A DNA stretch of 64,000 nt from Octopus vulgaris (GCA_951406725.2 OX597820.1:50158001-50222000); one strand, 5' to 3'. Shown: positions 23,790 through 37,987, counted from the stretch's first letter. Numbers and translations are program-made. Notes: a model not told the origin generated them from the sequence alone.

Positions 23790-26460
23790 CATACATACAC
23801 ATATAATTACATACATATGAGATATGTAACTTACTGTCTAAATACCAATATCGAGAAATTAGGCTTCTCAAAACCAGAAAGGGAAAAACTAATTCGAAGA
23901 TTACAGATCTATCACTGGAACTGGAAAAAATCTGTAAAATTTTCCAGAAGTTTATCATTTAGATATATACGAGCATATCTAGATATGCAACTATATGCAT
24001 AAAACTACATATATAAAGCAAAACATACAAACGTGCACACATACATACAAGCAAACATACTCTGTTGTTGTCGTTGTGTTGCAAGATGCCTGATGTGAAG
24101 TCGTGTGTTGAAACAGATATAGTTGTATTTCGGGATGGTAGTCATGTTACTTAGATGAACATGACTTTTGTTGTTTGAGCCCTACTAGAACGGTAAGAGG
24201 TAGACCCCCTACTATAACTTATATGGGTAGGAGTACCTCTAGAGAGATACGGAACGGGTAGACCAGAGCTGTACGGACGCACGAAAACGACGATCAGATT
24301 AAAAAGATGATCGCACATGCGGTGGGTGCGAGTACCAAGACCACACTCAAGGGCCACATATTTAAGCTTAATAACAAGATATACGATCAACAGGAAGATG
24401 CAGCCATCGGTGCCAGTTTCGCTGGCGTCAGTGGAAACATATATTTGCTGACGTCAGTGAAAACATATATCGTTCACCCTTAAATCGACGAATTAAAAGA
24501 AGAAACTGGAATTTCGAGAATTATCTGTTTATTTTAACAAGCAGGGATCAACTTACGGAAAAGAGTGTTGTAATAGAAAATATGATTTCGCAAACATAAC
24601 GAAAATACAACTTTGCACAAATCGTTTTAGGAGCGAGCTCAATAAAATTGTGGAAACGTTGTATCTTACTTAGACAGATAATATGACATTTAATGAACAA
24701 TAACGAATACACACTAAAAAATTGAGGTACCCTGATGTATTTAATACTACACAAATATTTTGAATATTTTCCCTCGAGACATGGTCGCGTTTCTGCCACA
24801 AACACAAGAGTAAAGTAATAGATTGTATTTGATATTAGAATAACAGAAATAAACTAGTAGACGGTAAAGATGTGTATTGTTATAAGGATAATGAACAATA
24901 TAACTTCGTATAAAAACTTTGCACATACGCATACACACGTATACGTGTATTTGCGTATGTAATATAGAAATATGCAAGAATGCGTATATAAATATATGTT
25001 GATTGTCCCCATTTACATATTCAGACGCATATGTTGATGTATATATATACACACACACACACACACACATTAATATATAACGTACTAGTATAATGATGCT
25101 TGCATAGATATATGTGAATGAAAATTTCCAGATATATGTACGAATATATCAATATCTGTATGTTAACACTTAACAGCTATGTGAGAAACTTTGGTAACCT
25201 AGTGAATAATTCTATAGATCTATCTCACTCATTTCTCTTTCTCCCTCTATATGTATTTGCGTATGTATGTAGTTATATAAACAAACATATACATACATAT
25301 ACATATATATACACAAATACATACACACTCACACATAATTTAGATATGGTGTGTGTATCTGTGTATACATGTACACATCCTTCATAAATCATTCTGCAGA
25401 CATCAGAGTTATGCATGTGTAACAGATTGTTCATGATTGTTCGGCTGTCATTAGGAAAATGTATATTTTTTCTGACATTAGTTGACTGTTTGATGTATTC
25501 CATTACTAATTGTGACACAATATACGCATATTCGATAAAAGGTATTTGTTTGCCAGTGTGTGTACTTGCATTTGTGTATATGTGATTTCATATCTGTGTG
25601 TGATTTTATACGTGTGTATACAGGTGTGTGTCTTATTGAATATAAAAGACTATAAGAATTGTAGTCAGAATATGTCCTACCTTAAGAGAACTGAGATGGC
25701 TGAGTGGATACAGTAACAGAGAACCATTTGAAATGTTAGCAGCTCCTGTATTGTCACAAGAACAACGATCTTCCTGACGGCAGGCTACTTAGCTCTCAAA
25801 TAACATAATTCATGTTGCCCTAAATAAACCGCTTAGGCACTACAAAAAACAAAAGAAAACAAAACAACTCCCTCTCCAAAAAAACTCCACCTCTTCCCCC
25901 CAGAAGAAACAAGAAATAACTGCTTTTGTATTTTGTGCCTGAAAGCTTTGGGGAAGCAAGGGATATCACTCAGATTCTTCTAACACAACCGTTTAAACTC
26001 CCATTGTAATGATTTTTGATATTGTTCTTTTTGCTCTTGTTGTTATTGTTGTTATTGTTCTTTTACTTCTCTTCTGCTACAGCTGCTAAATATGACAAAA
26101 AATGTTACTGATAATAACGCTGGTGCTGAAGCTCCTAGTATATATACTTATATAGGCAAGATAAATGAAGGCGCATGAGCTAAGCGTTCGGTTCACGATC
26201 ATAAAGTCGTGGCTTCGTTTTCAGGACCTGAAAGTACTTTGTACCCGCGAACTAAACGTTTCATTTTAAGTTGATTCTTTCTGCGTGGCTGAAAATGAGC
26301 ACCGAGTGAGTTCTGTTGCTGTTATATCCTTACGCCACCAATACCGCAGTATGGCTGATATTGTCGACGATTATAACAATACAAAATAGAAACAGCGGTA
26401 ATAACAAACACGTAGCGAACTAACGATCAATATTTCCAACATATTAACTTGAACTGTTAA

Positions 26461-26524
26461 CTGTACCTTGACTTCGAAGACCAAACTACGAACTGCCGAA
26501 TACGTCAGACCGCTACTATTTATA
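26461..26524 (-). promoter_or_regulatory. Candidate TATA/Inr core promoter with short first exon
   Basis: Minus strand TATAAATA (26524-26517), Inr-like cAGTT exactly 30 nt downstream (26494), donor-like AAG|GTACAG at 26467/26466. Confidence 0.25.
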
Positions 26525-28122
26525 TGAAGTGGTCCCGTCTGTTCTCGTCAAAGCGTGTCGTACCCACGCCACAACATCACACCTTTTGAGATTTCGTGTT
26601 CCGAAGTAATAAAGACATTTTATTTGCTATTATTATTTTTTAGTAACTTTTACGCTTGAGCCTTAGCTCAATGTGTTCGGTCTCCCTCCGTTTCAGGTGA
26701 AGTGTCAGTTATATATCCATTTAGCTAGTTTTGTAATTTGTCTCTCTCACAGATACCCGCACTTCAACGACACATTGCACAACATATAGGTACTGGAACT
26801 CCATAATGGGGTTGTACTCTTTTCGTTTGGGAAAACGCAGTTGTCCATGTACGGAATTACTGATACCGTTGTTTGTCGTGTGTTCGTACTCTGCTAAATG
26901 AACGAAAGTCATGTTATCATTCATTATGAAAAGTGCGATTCTCTAAAAGTCAGTATAGGCTGTGTTCTCTAAAGAGAAGACGTATATTTTTGGGTGGAGA
27001 ATATATTATTCGCTATAAGAGAAGTACTGTTATGTATAAATGAAATTAATGCATAGCACTTAAAAATGATCTCACACAGTCCTTGACAAATGTTTCATTA
27101 ACAAAGTACTTGATAAATGTTTCATTAGCCTGAAGTTAATCCTGTTCTTTGTAAAATTACTGTGCTAAATACGACCACTATTGCCGTATCAATTACCACT
27201 ACTCCCATCACCTTAATTTCCACAACTAACATATGTGACAACAACAACTACAATAGTGACAGCAAATACATCTTCGACGTCGATTACAATATGTGGTTCT
27301 GCAACTTGTTGTTCACACTTAACTTTAACTTCCTGATCATATTTGATTGTTTTGAATAAATATTCATGCGACTCGTATCTATTCGTATTTAGTCTCGTAG
27401 TCATATTACCCACCACCAGGGCCTTCTCAGCAGCTTTGGGTGAGGACAAAGCTAGGTAATTTAACTGATATTGCACAATTAATCAGAACTTGCTTTCGAA
27501 TTTGCAATCTGCCAATGATATCTGTGGGAAGTTATTTATGAAACTATTCATTACTATTCTTTTTCTTTCATCTACTATTATCTGGGTTTTTTTCTCTCTT
27601 TGACTTGCAGTTTCCAGTAATAACTATTGTCTTCTATATTATAGCAACACTACGTAGCGACAGTCCATTTCAATATCACGTGGAGTATTCTACCAACTTA
27701 TGCAGAAAGAGTGTTTTATAGCAGCAATGAATCGAACTTCTAGCCCGATATTTGCAAAGCAGCGCGGAACAATATTGGTGACCATAACAAATAAAGACTG
27801 AAAGAAAGAAATAACGTGTCAAAATTAAAGCAACTCAAAATGAAACATTGAGTGGGAGATATACCGATATCTTGGCCTACAAGAGTGACCAAATAGCCCT
27901 CAAATAAAATGTAAATATTTTAACAGAATATAATGTGAAAAATGTATTCGGAATACACGAATACCAAGGGAGAAAATCAAATGACTTTCACGTTTCACAA
28001 GTCTCCTGAGCGCCGGGTGAATACAGAAAGAAATGCCACACAAACATACAAACATGCCCACCCACCAACACACTCACACCTATTCCCATTTATTGATATA
28101 ATCATACATGCATATATGCGTG

Positions 28123-28185
<63 letters not shown>

Positions 28186-28652
28186 TGAGAAAGAGAGAGA
28201 GAGAAGTAGATAGATAGGCAATTTGGCACATAGATAGAGACAGATAAATAGAAATTGACCAATACCAAGGGAGAAAGTGACATGATTTTCACGGTTGGAA
28301 TACCAGTGGTCGTTGATCGTTCATGACTGCTCTTTCAAGACTGTCGTGGTGTTAATCGACTGAAACAAGTATAGTAACTGTCTGTTTGAATATTAGTAGC
28401 CACAATAAAAGTTTATATTGACATATGTGTACAACGTGAATATTGCTGCTCTAGGCAAATAAGGATAGTAGCAAGTAAGATAGTTGCAAGTAAGCAAGCA
28501 ACGGTACTGTGTGGAATGACATTTGAATGGAATACAATCATCGTATAAATGACACTATATATATAAGATTGTTAAAAATGATCTCACAAAGTCCTTGATA
28601 AATGTTTCATTAACAAAGTACTTGATAAATGTTTCATTAACCTGAAGTAAAT

Positions 28653-28885
28653 GGCGGCGAGCTGGCAGAATCGTTAGCACGCCGGGCGAAATGCGTAGCC
28701 GTATTTCGTCCGCCGTTACGTTCTGAGTTCAAATTCCGCCGAGGTCGACTTTGCCTTTCATCCTTTTGGGTTCGATAAATAAAGTACCAGTTTCGCACTG
28801 GCGTCGATGTAATCGACATAATCCCTTTGTCTGTCCTTGTTTGTCCCTTCTATGTTTAGCCCCTTGTGGGAAGTAACGAAATATA
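28653..28885 (+). mobile_element. SINE family A, young, Tx1-like tail, with TSD
   Basis: Complete head to tail; tatatatataagattgtta duplicated at 28556-28574 and 28886-28904. Confidence 0.9.
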
Positions 28886-30430
28886 TATATATATAAGATT
28901 GTTACACATAAAGAATAGACAAGGATTTATGTTGCATCACTATTTAAAAAAAAAACGTTAAAGAAAATTTTATCATTCATTTGAATATGCTTTCAAAGGT
29001 TTTCCACTCAACTGTATGGTATATCGAAATTATACTGTAATGCGAGATTATTCCTTTCAATTTCTGGTTGACGATACAAGAATGGATTTCAAGATATGCC
29101 ATGTATTCATATCTGTGACAAAAAAGGCCTGTGTACTTCGTATAATGGAACCTATGTTATAGGTAATAGTGACCTAAGGAAGAAAGAAGAACAGCAGTTT
29201 GTGAATGGAACTTCAGTCAAAGATAAGGGTGTGTTTGTATTTTGTTAGGAGTTATATGTATTTAGGCTGAAGAAACTTTCAGAATGCAAGGAGGTGAATA
29301 GGTATATTAATAATGTTTTGGGTTGTGACATTAGAGTGCCTACTTTATATAGCTGTATTGAGAGACATGTATATTCTGAAGTACTTTAAACCATAGGAAG
29401 TTATGAATAGAAAATTTGTAGTAATTAATTTAGTGAGGATTGTCGGATGATTCATAAAACTGGCTTGTGCTATCAGCACTTAGTTACATATACGGTATAT
29501 TATCAGCCAGATAAACATGTTACATTTTATATAAAAATATTAAACACACACACACACACACATACATACACATACGGGCAATTAATCTGTCTAGAGAGGG
29601 GAAAAGGGGAATAGCTAGGAAATGGTTACAATTAATTTTATTTCATATGAAATTTGATTTTAAATAAGATGCAATTATATATTTAAGACCTTCAATATTT
29701 AGCATTGTAGAAAGAGAAAGAAGCCCTTTTAAGCATCATATTCTTTAATATCAGCAAATACAATGCAGAAGCTCATATGCAATTAAACATTATTTCCGCA
29801 CAAATTAAGGATACAAAAGTGTATTCTTTCATTAAATAAGTATCTTAATCAAAAATTTAATCACGTAAAATACACATACGAAAAAAGATTTATCTGAGAT
29901 AGAAGTGAAATTTTAAAGACGTTGAACTGGGTTTCACGTAAATGCAAGATATCAACAGTCTGACATGCAATACAGCGTTTATCTAACGCAAATTTGTTTT
30001 TTACGAAGCAAATATACATAATTCATATTTTATATAGACACAAAATAAGGTATCGCAGATGAGTAATAAAGTTAGTTAAGATGATGACTGCATAAAACTG
30101 GTCAATGTTTTAACAAGTCCTCATAAACAAAGGTATGCAAATATATATTCGCGCGCACACACACGCACACACATATACACACATATTATCACATACTTTG
30201 CCAGCATGGAGGAATAATGTCTTATGTTGCAACAGGAACAACTGAACAAATTTGCACAAGAAGTACAGTTTATGGATCACCCCACACCATTCAAAATTGC
30301 ATGTGTATCTGTATTTATATACAAATATTTGTCTATATATACAAATATCTATATTTCCATCTATCTATCTTTCTATTTATCTGTCTGTCTACCTACCTAG
30401 TTCCCTATCTGTCTGCCTCTCTCTCTTTCT

Positions 30431-30495
<65 letters not shown>

Positions 30496-30498
<3 letters not shown>

Positions 30499-30727
30499 AG
30501 GCGCAATGGCCCAGTGGTTTATTGAGCGAAAACACCTAAAAGCTCCACGAGGCTCCGGCAGGGGGTGGTGATCCCTGCTGTACTCTTTCACCACTCTTTC
30601 TCCTACTCTTTCTTCTGTTGGCCTGCTCGCTTAGCCAGCGGGGTGGCGTCATTCGAAGGCTAAAACAATGCGAACGCATTGTGACCAGCGATGTGTAACA
30701 ACATCTGATGGTCTGGTTGATCACGTG
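30496..30727 (+). mobile_element. SINE family C with internal deletion and alternative tail
   Basis: ggaggcgcaatggcccagtggt joined to ttattgagcgaaaacacc...ggcctgctcgcttagccagcggggtggcgtc. Confidence 0.75.
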
Positions 30728-30965
30728 ATATATATATATATATACTCATATGCATATATGCATGTATGTTCATATCAATAGATGTGATTGGGTGTGAGTG
30801 TGCAAGTGGATGGACATGTTTGTATGTTTGTGTGATATTTCGTTTTGCATTCACCCAGCGCCCAGGAGATATAGAATGTGAAAGTAAACTTTATGCTTGT
30901 AGATGTAGGAATTGGAGCGTTGCGGGATGAAACTAACTACATATTGTTTCGTATTTAGCCAAGTG

Positions 30966-31207
<242 letters not shown>

Positions 31208-31217
31208 ATATATGTAT

Positions 31218-31500
31218 ATGTTGTCGTATTTAGGAATGGTCATTTTGCCAGTTTAACCAATAAAAACACACGCACTATATATTTGGTGTTTATTTGCTTC
31301 AGCGTTATTTATTTTTTACATTAATCTTAATCTTATTTCAGCCAGAGTTCTTTCGTCACACTTCTGTGACCCCATCAGTGGTCTTTTGCTTTCTTTCTTA
31401 TTTGTGTAACTCTCCTTACTAACGGTCAGCCATTTTGTATTTTGTATTCCTATTGTATGTGTCTTCATTTGCGCATGCGTATACCTCTATGTGTGTCTAT
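31218..31500 (-). mobile_element. Penelope-like terminal repeat remnant
   Basis: Minimal hammerhead-like motif on the minus strand at 31342-31381. Confidence 0.4.
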
Positions 31501-31629
31501 GTTTAGTTAGTGTGTGTGTGTGGTGAAGTGCCTGTAATATTTGTATCTCCTGTTTATACACCTTGGTGTAATTTGTTTTTGTTCATCTTTTATTTTGTTC
31601 ATGTGTTTACACCTACTTATTATTTTTAC

Positions 31630-31701
<72 letters not shown>

Positions 31702-32688
31702 GAAATAGAAGAGTGCCATATCATGCGAAATTTGTTGAACAATATTTCGGCATCTAGCGTGCCTTCCACAGGTTCAAAATTACATGTCAGTTTACTTCAC
31801 ATGATATGGCACTCTTCTATTAATACATAATTAATACATAATTTACTATAATTACTCAATAAACAACACGAAGCGTTCTCTAGAAGAAACATAAATGCTA
31901 TCGTACCTTTAGATTCTTCCAATGTCCAAATGCAAGTAAAATCAACTCACATGTTTATAGGTATCCATGGTCGTTAAAATATACGTACGTTTTTTTCTTC
32001 TCTATCGGCATAAGCTAGGTAGCTGCAATAATATTTTTATAAATTAAAAAAAAATTTAATTTCAATTTCTAATCTATAGCGTTTTTAATTTTTAATTTGT
32101 AATCTATAGCCGTTTTAATTTTTAATTATTAATTCTTAATGTTTATTCTTTATCCATTTTTTGATCTTATATATACTCCCTCAAGTTAGGCATCTATTTT
32201 TACTATCCCTAGTGACCACTTAGCGAAATTTTCTTTCTGAGCACGTCGAACCTAAAATTTACAATATAGAATTGATAGACAGAAATACCATCCTCCTCCA
32301 CTTTTCCAAATCCCTAACACCTGACCTCTGAACCCGAAATGACACAAAGAATAATATTGGCATCTTAACTTTATCTTATTTCAAAATTTTATATTTTGTA
32401 TTACTTTCGCTCTCATAATTCTTTCCTACACCTATCCCATTAATTTTTTTCTCTCTTTCTCCTCTCTCTTCTATTCACTCACTCATAACCCATATATGTC
32501 TATCGTAGTGCCTGCCTTTCTCTCTATATATACCCACGTGAACCATTTTCATACTAGCTAATCAATTAATTCTATTTCTTCAACATAAACGCAAAAGTCA
32601 AAATACTGCCAAAATGCTACCTTGATTTACCTGGAATTATACTTAAGGGCCTATACCTTCACGGAAGTACCCTCTGGAAGATGAGCTT

Positions 32689-34500
32689 CTAGGCTCAAAT
32701 TATAGGCAGACCTATAAACGACAAAAACTATAGTATAAAACTATTATTGTAAAACTATAGGCAGAACTATCGACAAGCTATAGGCAAAACTATAGGCTAC
32801 AATTCAGCCTATAGTTTTTGCCTCTAGCTTCAGCTTATATTTTGCCAATATTTTTTGCAGCTATAGTTTTGCTGCCTAGAGTTTTTGCCTATAGTTATGT
32901 ATTTAAGTGAACTTTTCTACCCTTTAGATTTTAGCCTATAGTTTTGCCTAACTTCAGCCTATAGATTTTCTATAGTTTTAGCCTATTGTTTTTTGTCGTC
33001 TGCCTATAGTTTTTGTCGCCTATAGATTTGCCTATAGGTTTGGCATATAGTTTTGCCTATATTTCTGCCAATAGTTTGCCTATAGTTTTTTTGAAAAACT
33101 ATAGGCTGAAATTACTATAGGCGAAAATCTAACAGCAAACTATAGGCAAAGTATGGGCATGAGAACTATAGCCAAAACTGACAAAAAATATAAGCTATGA
33201 GGCCAAAATATAGGCAAAACTATAGGCTAAATTCAAATACATAATTATAGGCAATAACGATAGGCAGCAAAACTATAGCCGCAAAAAATATTGGCAGGCT
33301 GAAACTAGAGGCAAAACTATAGGCTGAAAGTATAGGCAAATTATACCTGGCCTCAAATTTTGTCGCTTATAGATTTTTGTCTATAATTTGAGCCTATATC
33401 TTTTGTCGACTATGAAATAGTTTTAGACTATAAAAATAGTTTTAGACTATAGTTTTATATAGGTCTGCCGCTTTGCTTATATTTATCGCGTATTATTTTG
33501 TCTATAGTTTTGTCGCCTATAGTTTGCTATAATTTTGTCTATACTTTTTGTAGCCTATAGTACCAGCCCGTTCATTATAGTCCTGCCTATCATTTTAGCA
33601 TATATCTTTGCCTATAGTCCTCGTCTAAATTTGCCTAAAGTTTTTTCACCTATTGCTTTTGTCGCTACTGCCCTTAGTTTTAGCCTATAGTTTTGCATAT
33701 GTTTTGCCTATAGTTTTATCTATAGTTTTTTGCCTATATTAATTAGACTAGTCTGCTTATAGGTTCTGTCGCCTATACTTTGCCTATAGATTTAGCCTAT
33801 AGTTTTTGTCTTATCGTAATTTCAGCCTATTGTTAACCAATAGTTTTTTCACCTAAATTTTACCTTTAGCTTTAGACTATAATTTTGCCTATAGTACATT
33901 CTGCCTAGCCTGTAGTTTGTCTTTTGTCTAGAAATTTCAGCTTTTATCGCCTATACTTTTTCAAATTTTTTTCGCATAACTCTTTGCCTATAGCTTCGGT
34001 CTATAGTTTTGCCTATAGTTTATCAAACGTGAACTTTTCTTCCCTATAGATTTTAGCCTATAGTTTGCCTATACGGTTTCACGTATAGCTTTGGCCTATA
34101 ATTCTTGCCTATGGTTGGCTTTAGTTATTCATATATTATTTATCGAAAGTGAACTTTTCTTCCCTATAGATTTTAGCCTATAGTTTGCCTATACGGTTTC
34201 ACGTATAGCTTCAGCCTATAATACTTGCCTATGGTTGGCTTTACTTATTCATATATTAGTTATCAAAAGTGAACTTTTCTTCCTTATAGATTTTAGCCTA
34301 TAGTTTTGCCTATATTTTATCTTCTTGTTTATATATTTTAGCTTATAGTTTTGCCTATAGCTTTTAGCGTATAGTTTTTGCGATTTTTAGCCAATTTTTT
34401 ATCAAATATATTGTTTTATGATATAATATATATATTTATCAACTATTTTAGCGTATCTTTTTTATGGATTTTCGCCTATATTTTTATCGCCTTATATTTT
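32689..34500. repeat. Degenerate (TTTTGCCTATAG)n-type satellite with fold-back inversions and a 120-bp higher-order repeat
   Basis: Dense gcctatag/ctataggc units switching strand; 120-bp tandem units at 34021-34140, 34141-34260 and 34261-34310 (partial). Confidence 0.85.
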
Positions 34501-34510
34501 CTTTCCTTAT

Positions 34511-35468
34511 ATTTTTGCAGATGATTCCAAGCTACTGAAGGTCATAAATGAGGCGAGTGACCGGACATGCCTTCAGTCAGATCTACTGGCTGTTATCCAA
34601 TGGGCAGAAAAAAACAATATGCTGCTGAACGAGGATAAATTTGAGTTAATCCACTTTGGAAAAGAGGATGCCCTGAAACTCCCATACTCCCTTCCTTCAG
34701 GTGAAACTCTCGCGGCGTCCAACAACATCAGAGACTTGGGAGTAATTGTGGACAACAACATAAGCTGGGCCACTCATATAAACACCAAAGTTGACATGGC
34801 CCGCAGAATGTGTTCCTGGATTCTCAGAACTTTCCAGTCGAGAGATATCCACACCATTATCCTTCTCTTCTCCACTTTTGCCCGACCCCACCTTGTTGTC
34901 CACTGTGGTCTCCCCACACAATAAAAGGTATCATAAAAGTTGAAGCACCTCAAAGGGCAATCACAAAAAAGATAGATGGCATGACAGGCCTCGGCTATTG
35001 GGGTCGACTAGAAAAGCTAAAACTTTATTCCCTCCAACGTGGTCGTGAGCGCTACATCATCTGCATGATGTGGAAAATATTCCATCAGCATTGCCCAAAT
35101 GATGTTGGCATCACCTTTAAGGTACATCCAAGGCTTGGGCCCCGTGCCATCCGCCCAAAACAAAAATCGCACTCTCATCTCATAACAACAATACGGCACT
35201 ATTATTTCACCTCAATTGGCCCCGCTCTCTTTAACATTACACCAAAACACATTAAAACAGAAACTGACCCTATAGGGTTCAAGAAGTCTCTGGACAGATT
35301 CCTTCAAGAAATAATCCCGGATAAACCCCCTACACCCAGATATGTCTCTGTAAACAATAACTCTCTACTTGAGTGCCCAAATTCTGACTTGAAAGACTTC
35401 ACCAGGTGGTGCTATTAAGTTAGACATGGCCTGGGCCAATAATGGCCGAAACCTATCAAAGTATCAAA

Positions 35469-35470
<2 letters not shown>
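34511..35470 (+). mobile_element. 5'-truncated CR1-type LINE (RT C-terminal half to 3' end)
   Basis: IFADDSKLLKVI...LQSDL..VIQWAEKNNMLLNEDKFELIHFG...RDLGVIVD...LKLYSLQRGRERY; tail (tatcaaag)2. Confidence 0.9.
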
Positions 35471-35522
<52 letters not shown>

Positions 35523-35557
35523 ATATGTATGTGTGTGTATGTATGTATGTATGTATG

Positions 35558-35591
<34 letters not shown>

Positions 35592-35599
35592 TGTATGTA

Positions 35600-35795
35600 T
35601 GAGTTTGTGTGTGCTTGTCACTTCTCCGCCGCTTCACAACTGGTGTTGGTGTGTTTATGTCTCCGTAAGTTTGTAGTTCGGCAAAAGAGATCGATAAAAT
35701 AGGTGCCAGGCTTTAAAAAAGTAGTACTGGGGTCGATACATTCGAATATAAATTCCTGAAGGCAGTGCCTCAGCATGGCTGCAGTGTGATGACTT
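35600..35795 (+). mobile_element. SINE family D 3' part
   Basis: ggtgtgtttatgtctccgtaa...cggcaaaagaga.cgata...cagcatggctgcag. Confidence 0.6.
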
Positions 35796-36508
35796 GTGTG
35801 TGTGTGTGTGTGTGAGTGTATTTGTGTGTTCAAGTGCATGTGTGAGCTCATATAAGTATGTATATGTTTATATATATATATATATATATATGTATATACA
35901 TGTGGCTCTATACCAAAATGTATATCTGTGCGTGTGTATTTGTGTATGCATGCGCGCGTGCATATGTGTTTGTGTGTGTGAATGTATTCCCCAACCAATT
36001 TTTAGAATATGTTAAAAACGTCTCTGTATATTGTCATTTTATTTCTGTAATTACGTATGTAACCTAAACTGTCTTATCACTATTCATAATTTAACCGCTG
36101 TTTAGTATTAACAGTGGCATTATGTTATAAGGAAGTGACTTGAAAAAAAGAAACATATATCTTGTTATTTACATATACAATAGATTATATTCAACATATT
36201 CTCAACTTCCGAAAAGTAAGAAACAAGAATACGGAGCTTTATCGAAATATATATACCATAAGAAAAGGATAATCCGCCAGTTTCATGCAAAATTACTGTT
36301 ATAATATGAAAAAAAGAAACAAGAACACGGGTATATTAACCTCTTAAAGGAAAGATTGCATGCAAGAAAATATTGGTTCTATACCTAATATCTTTGGGAA
36401 AATTTTTTTTCCCTAAACCAATAGGTATATCTATTATGCATATAATCTGTATTCAGTTAATAGGAGAAAAGAAAATGGAGAGTTGAAATTTAGTAATTAT
36501 TTATTAAT

Positions 36509-36674
36509 AGGCGTAGGAGTGGCTGTGTGGTAAGTAGCTTGCTTACGAACCACATGGTTCCGGGTTCAGTCCCACTGCGTGGCACCTTGGGCAAGTGTCT
36601 TCTACTATAGCCTCCGGACGACCAAAGCCTTGTCAGTGGATTTGGTAGAGGGAAACCGAAAGAAGCCCGTCGTA

Positions 36675-36737
<63 letters not shown>

Positions 36738-36975
36738 ATGTGTATATGTTTGGGTGTCTGTGTTTGTCACCCCAACATCGTTTGACAACCGATGCTGGTG
36801 TGTTTACGTCCCCGTAACTTAGCGGTTCGTCAAAAGAGAGTCCGATAGAATAAGTACTAGGCTTACAAACATTAACCTCTGGGGGCGATTTGCTCGACTA
36901 AAGGTGGTGCTCCAGCATGGCCGCAGTCAAATAACTGAAACAAGGAAAAGAGTAAAGAGTAAAGAGTAAAAGAGT
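36509..36975 (+). mobile_element. SINE family D, full length
   Basis: aggcgtaggagtggctgtgtggtaagtagc...ggttccgggttcagtccc..., tail (aaagagt)n. Confidence 0.85.
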
Positions 36976-37293
36976 AATAGAATGATACTTCATACTTCCT
37001 ACAGTTGTTTCAATTGTACTTATTAAATAAATTGCAATTTTATGCTTTAAATTTGCATTTATAAAGTATGAACACAATATCATCAGGGAAAAAGATATAC
37101 AATAAAAGATTACATGTTGAGCTTTTAGTTTATTCTGGCAGATTAAGTATATGGAGTTACTATATCTTTTACTTTTGTATGTGCGTGGGGGATAACAGAT
37201 TTATCTGAATATAAGGAATAAAGGAAAATAAATAAGGTAGAATAAAATGAAATATGAAAAAGTAAATACGATAAAAATTAAAAAAATATGTAA

Positions 37294-37326
<33 letters not shown>

Positions 37327-37330
<4 letters not shown>

Positions 37331-37567
37331 GTCAAAACTACTAAAATAAACAAATTGTACCGAATGCAAAACTTCAAAGCGAGTTATTTAAAAACAGAAT
37401 TTAGTTACATATCACCTGTGATTTCGCAATCAATGCAGAATATGCATTCTATGCTCTTCAGTGCAACGAACTCAACAGGTGATATGTAACTAAATTCTGT
37501 TTTTAAATTACTCGCTTTGAAGTTTTGCATTCGGTACAATTTGTTTATTTTAGTAGTTTTGACTGCA
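37327..37567. repeat. Near-perfect 240-bp inverted repeat
   Basis: About 100-bp arms tgcagtcaaaactact...cacctgt and acaggtg...agtagttttgactgca with a loop of about 40 nt. Confidence 0.9.
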
Positions 37568-37987
37568 AAAGTCCCTCCTAGCGTGTGGTACCTATGAATA
37601 ATAGTACCCTCTATATAATATAAATAAGTATTTTCAAAGTTGAAAAAATTTACAGATTTTTTCTCTTACGAGGTTTTTCACGCTAACTACTGATAATTTC
37701 TTATAAAGATTTTATACTTATTTTTAAATGTGTGTGCGTATGTGTGTATGTGTGTGTGTGTGTGCATGCGTGTATATGTATGTGTGTAAATATATATATA
37801 TATATAACAGAATGTCACAAACTGTGGTATACATATAGGGAGAGCATCTCATGTATATGCACGGTGCTAAAACACTTAGAAGTGTTTCATTGGCAGTCAA
37901 AACTCCTGAAACATCAGCGGTGAATTGATAAATCCAACGTTCTACAGATTTGCACGTTCTCTTTAGGAAATACTTGCTCTTGATGTA

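Noticed and set aside
32689-34500. CRISPR-like array
   Set aside because: Eukaryotic context, degenerate short units, no constant repeat with unique spacers, no cas genes
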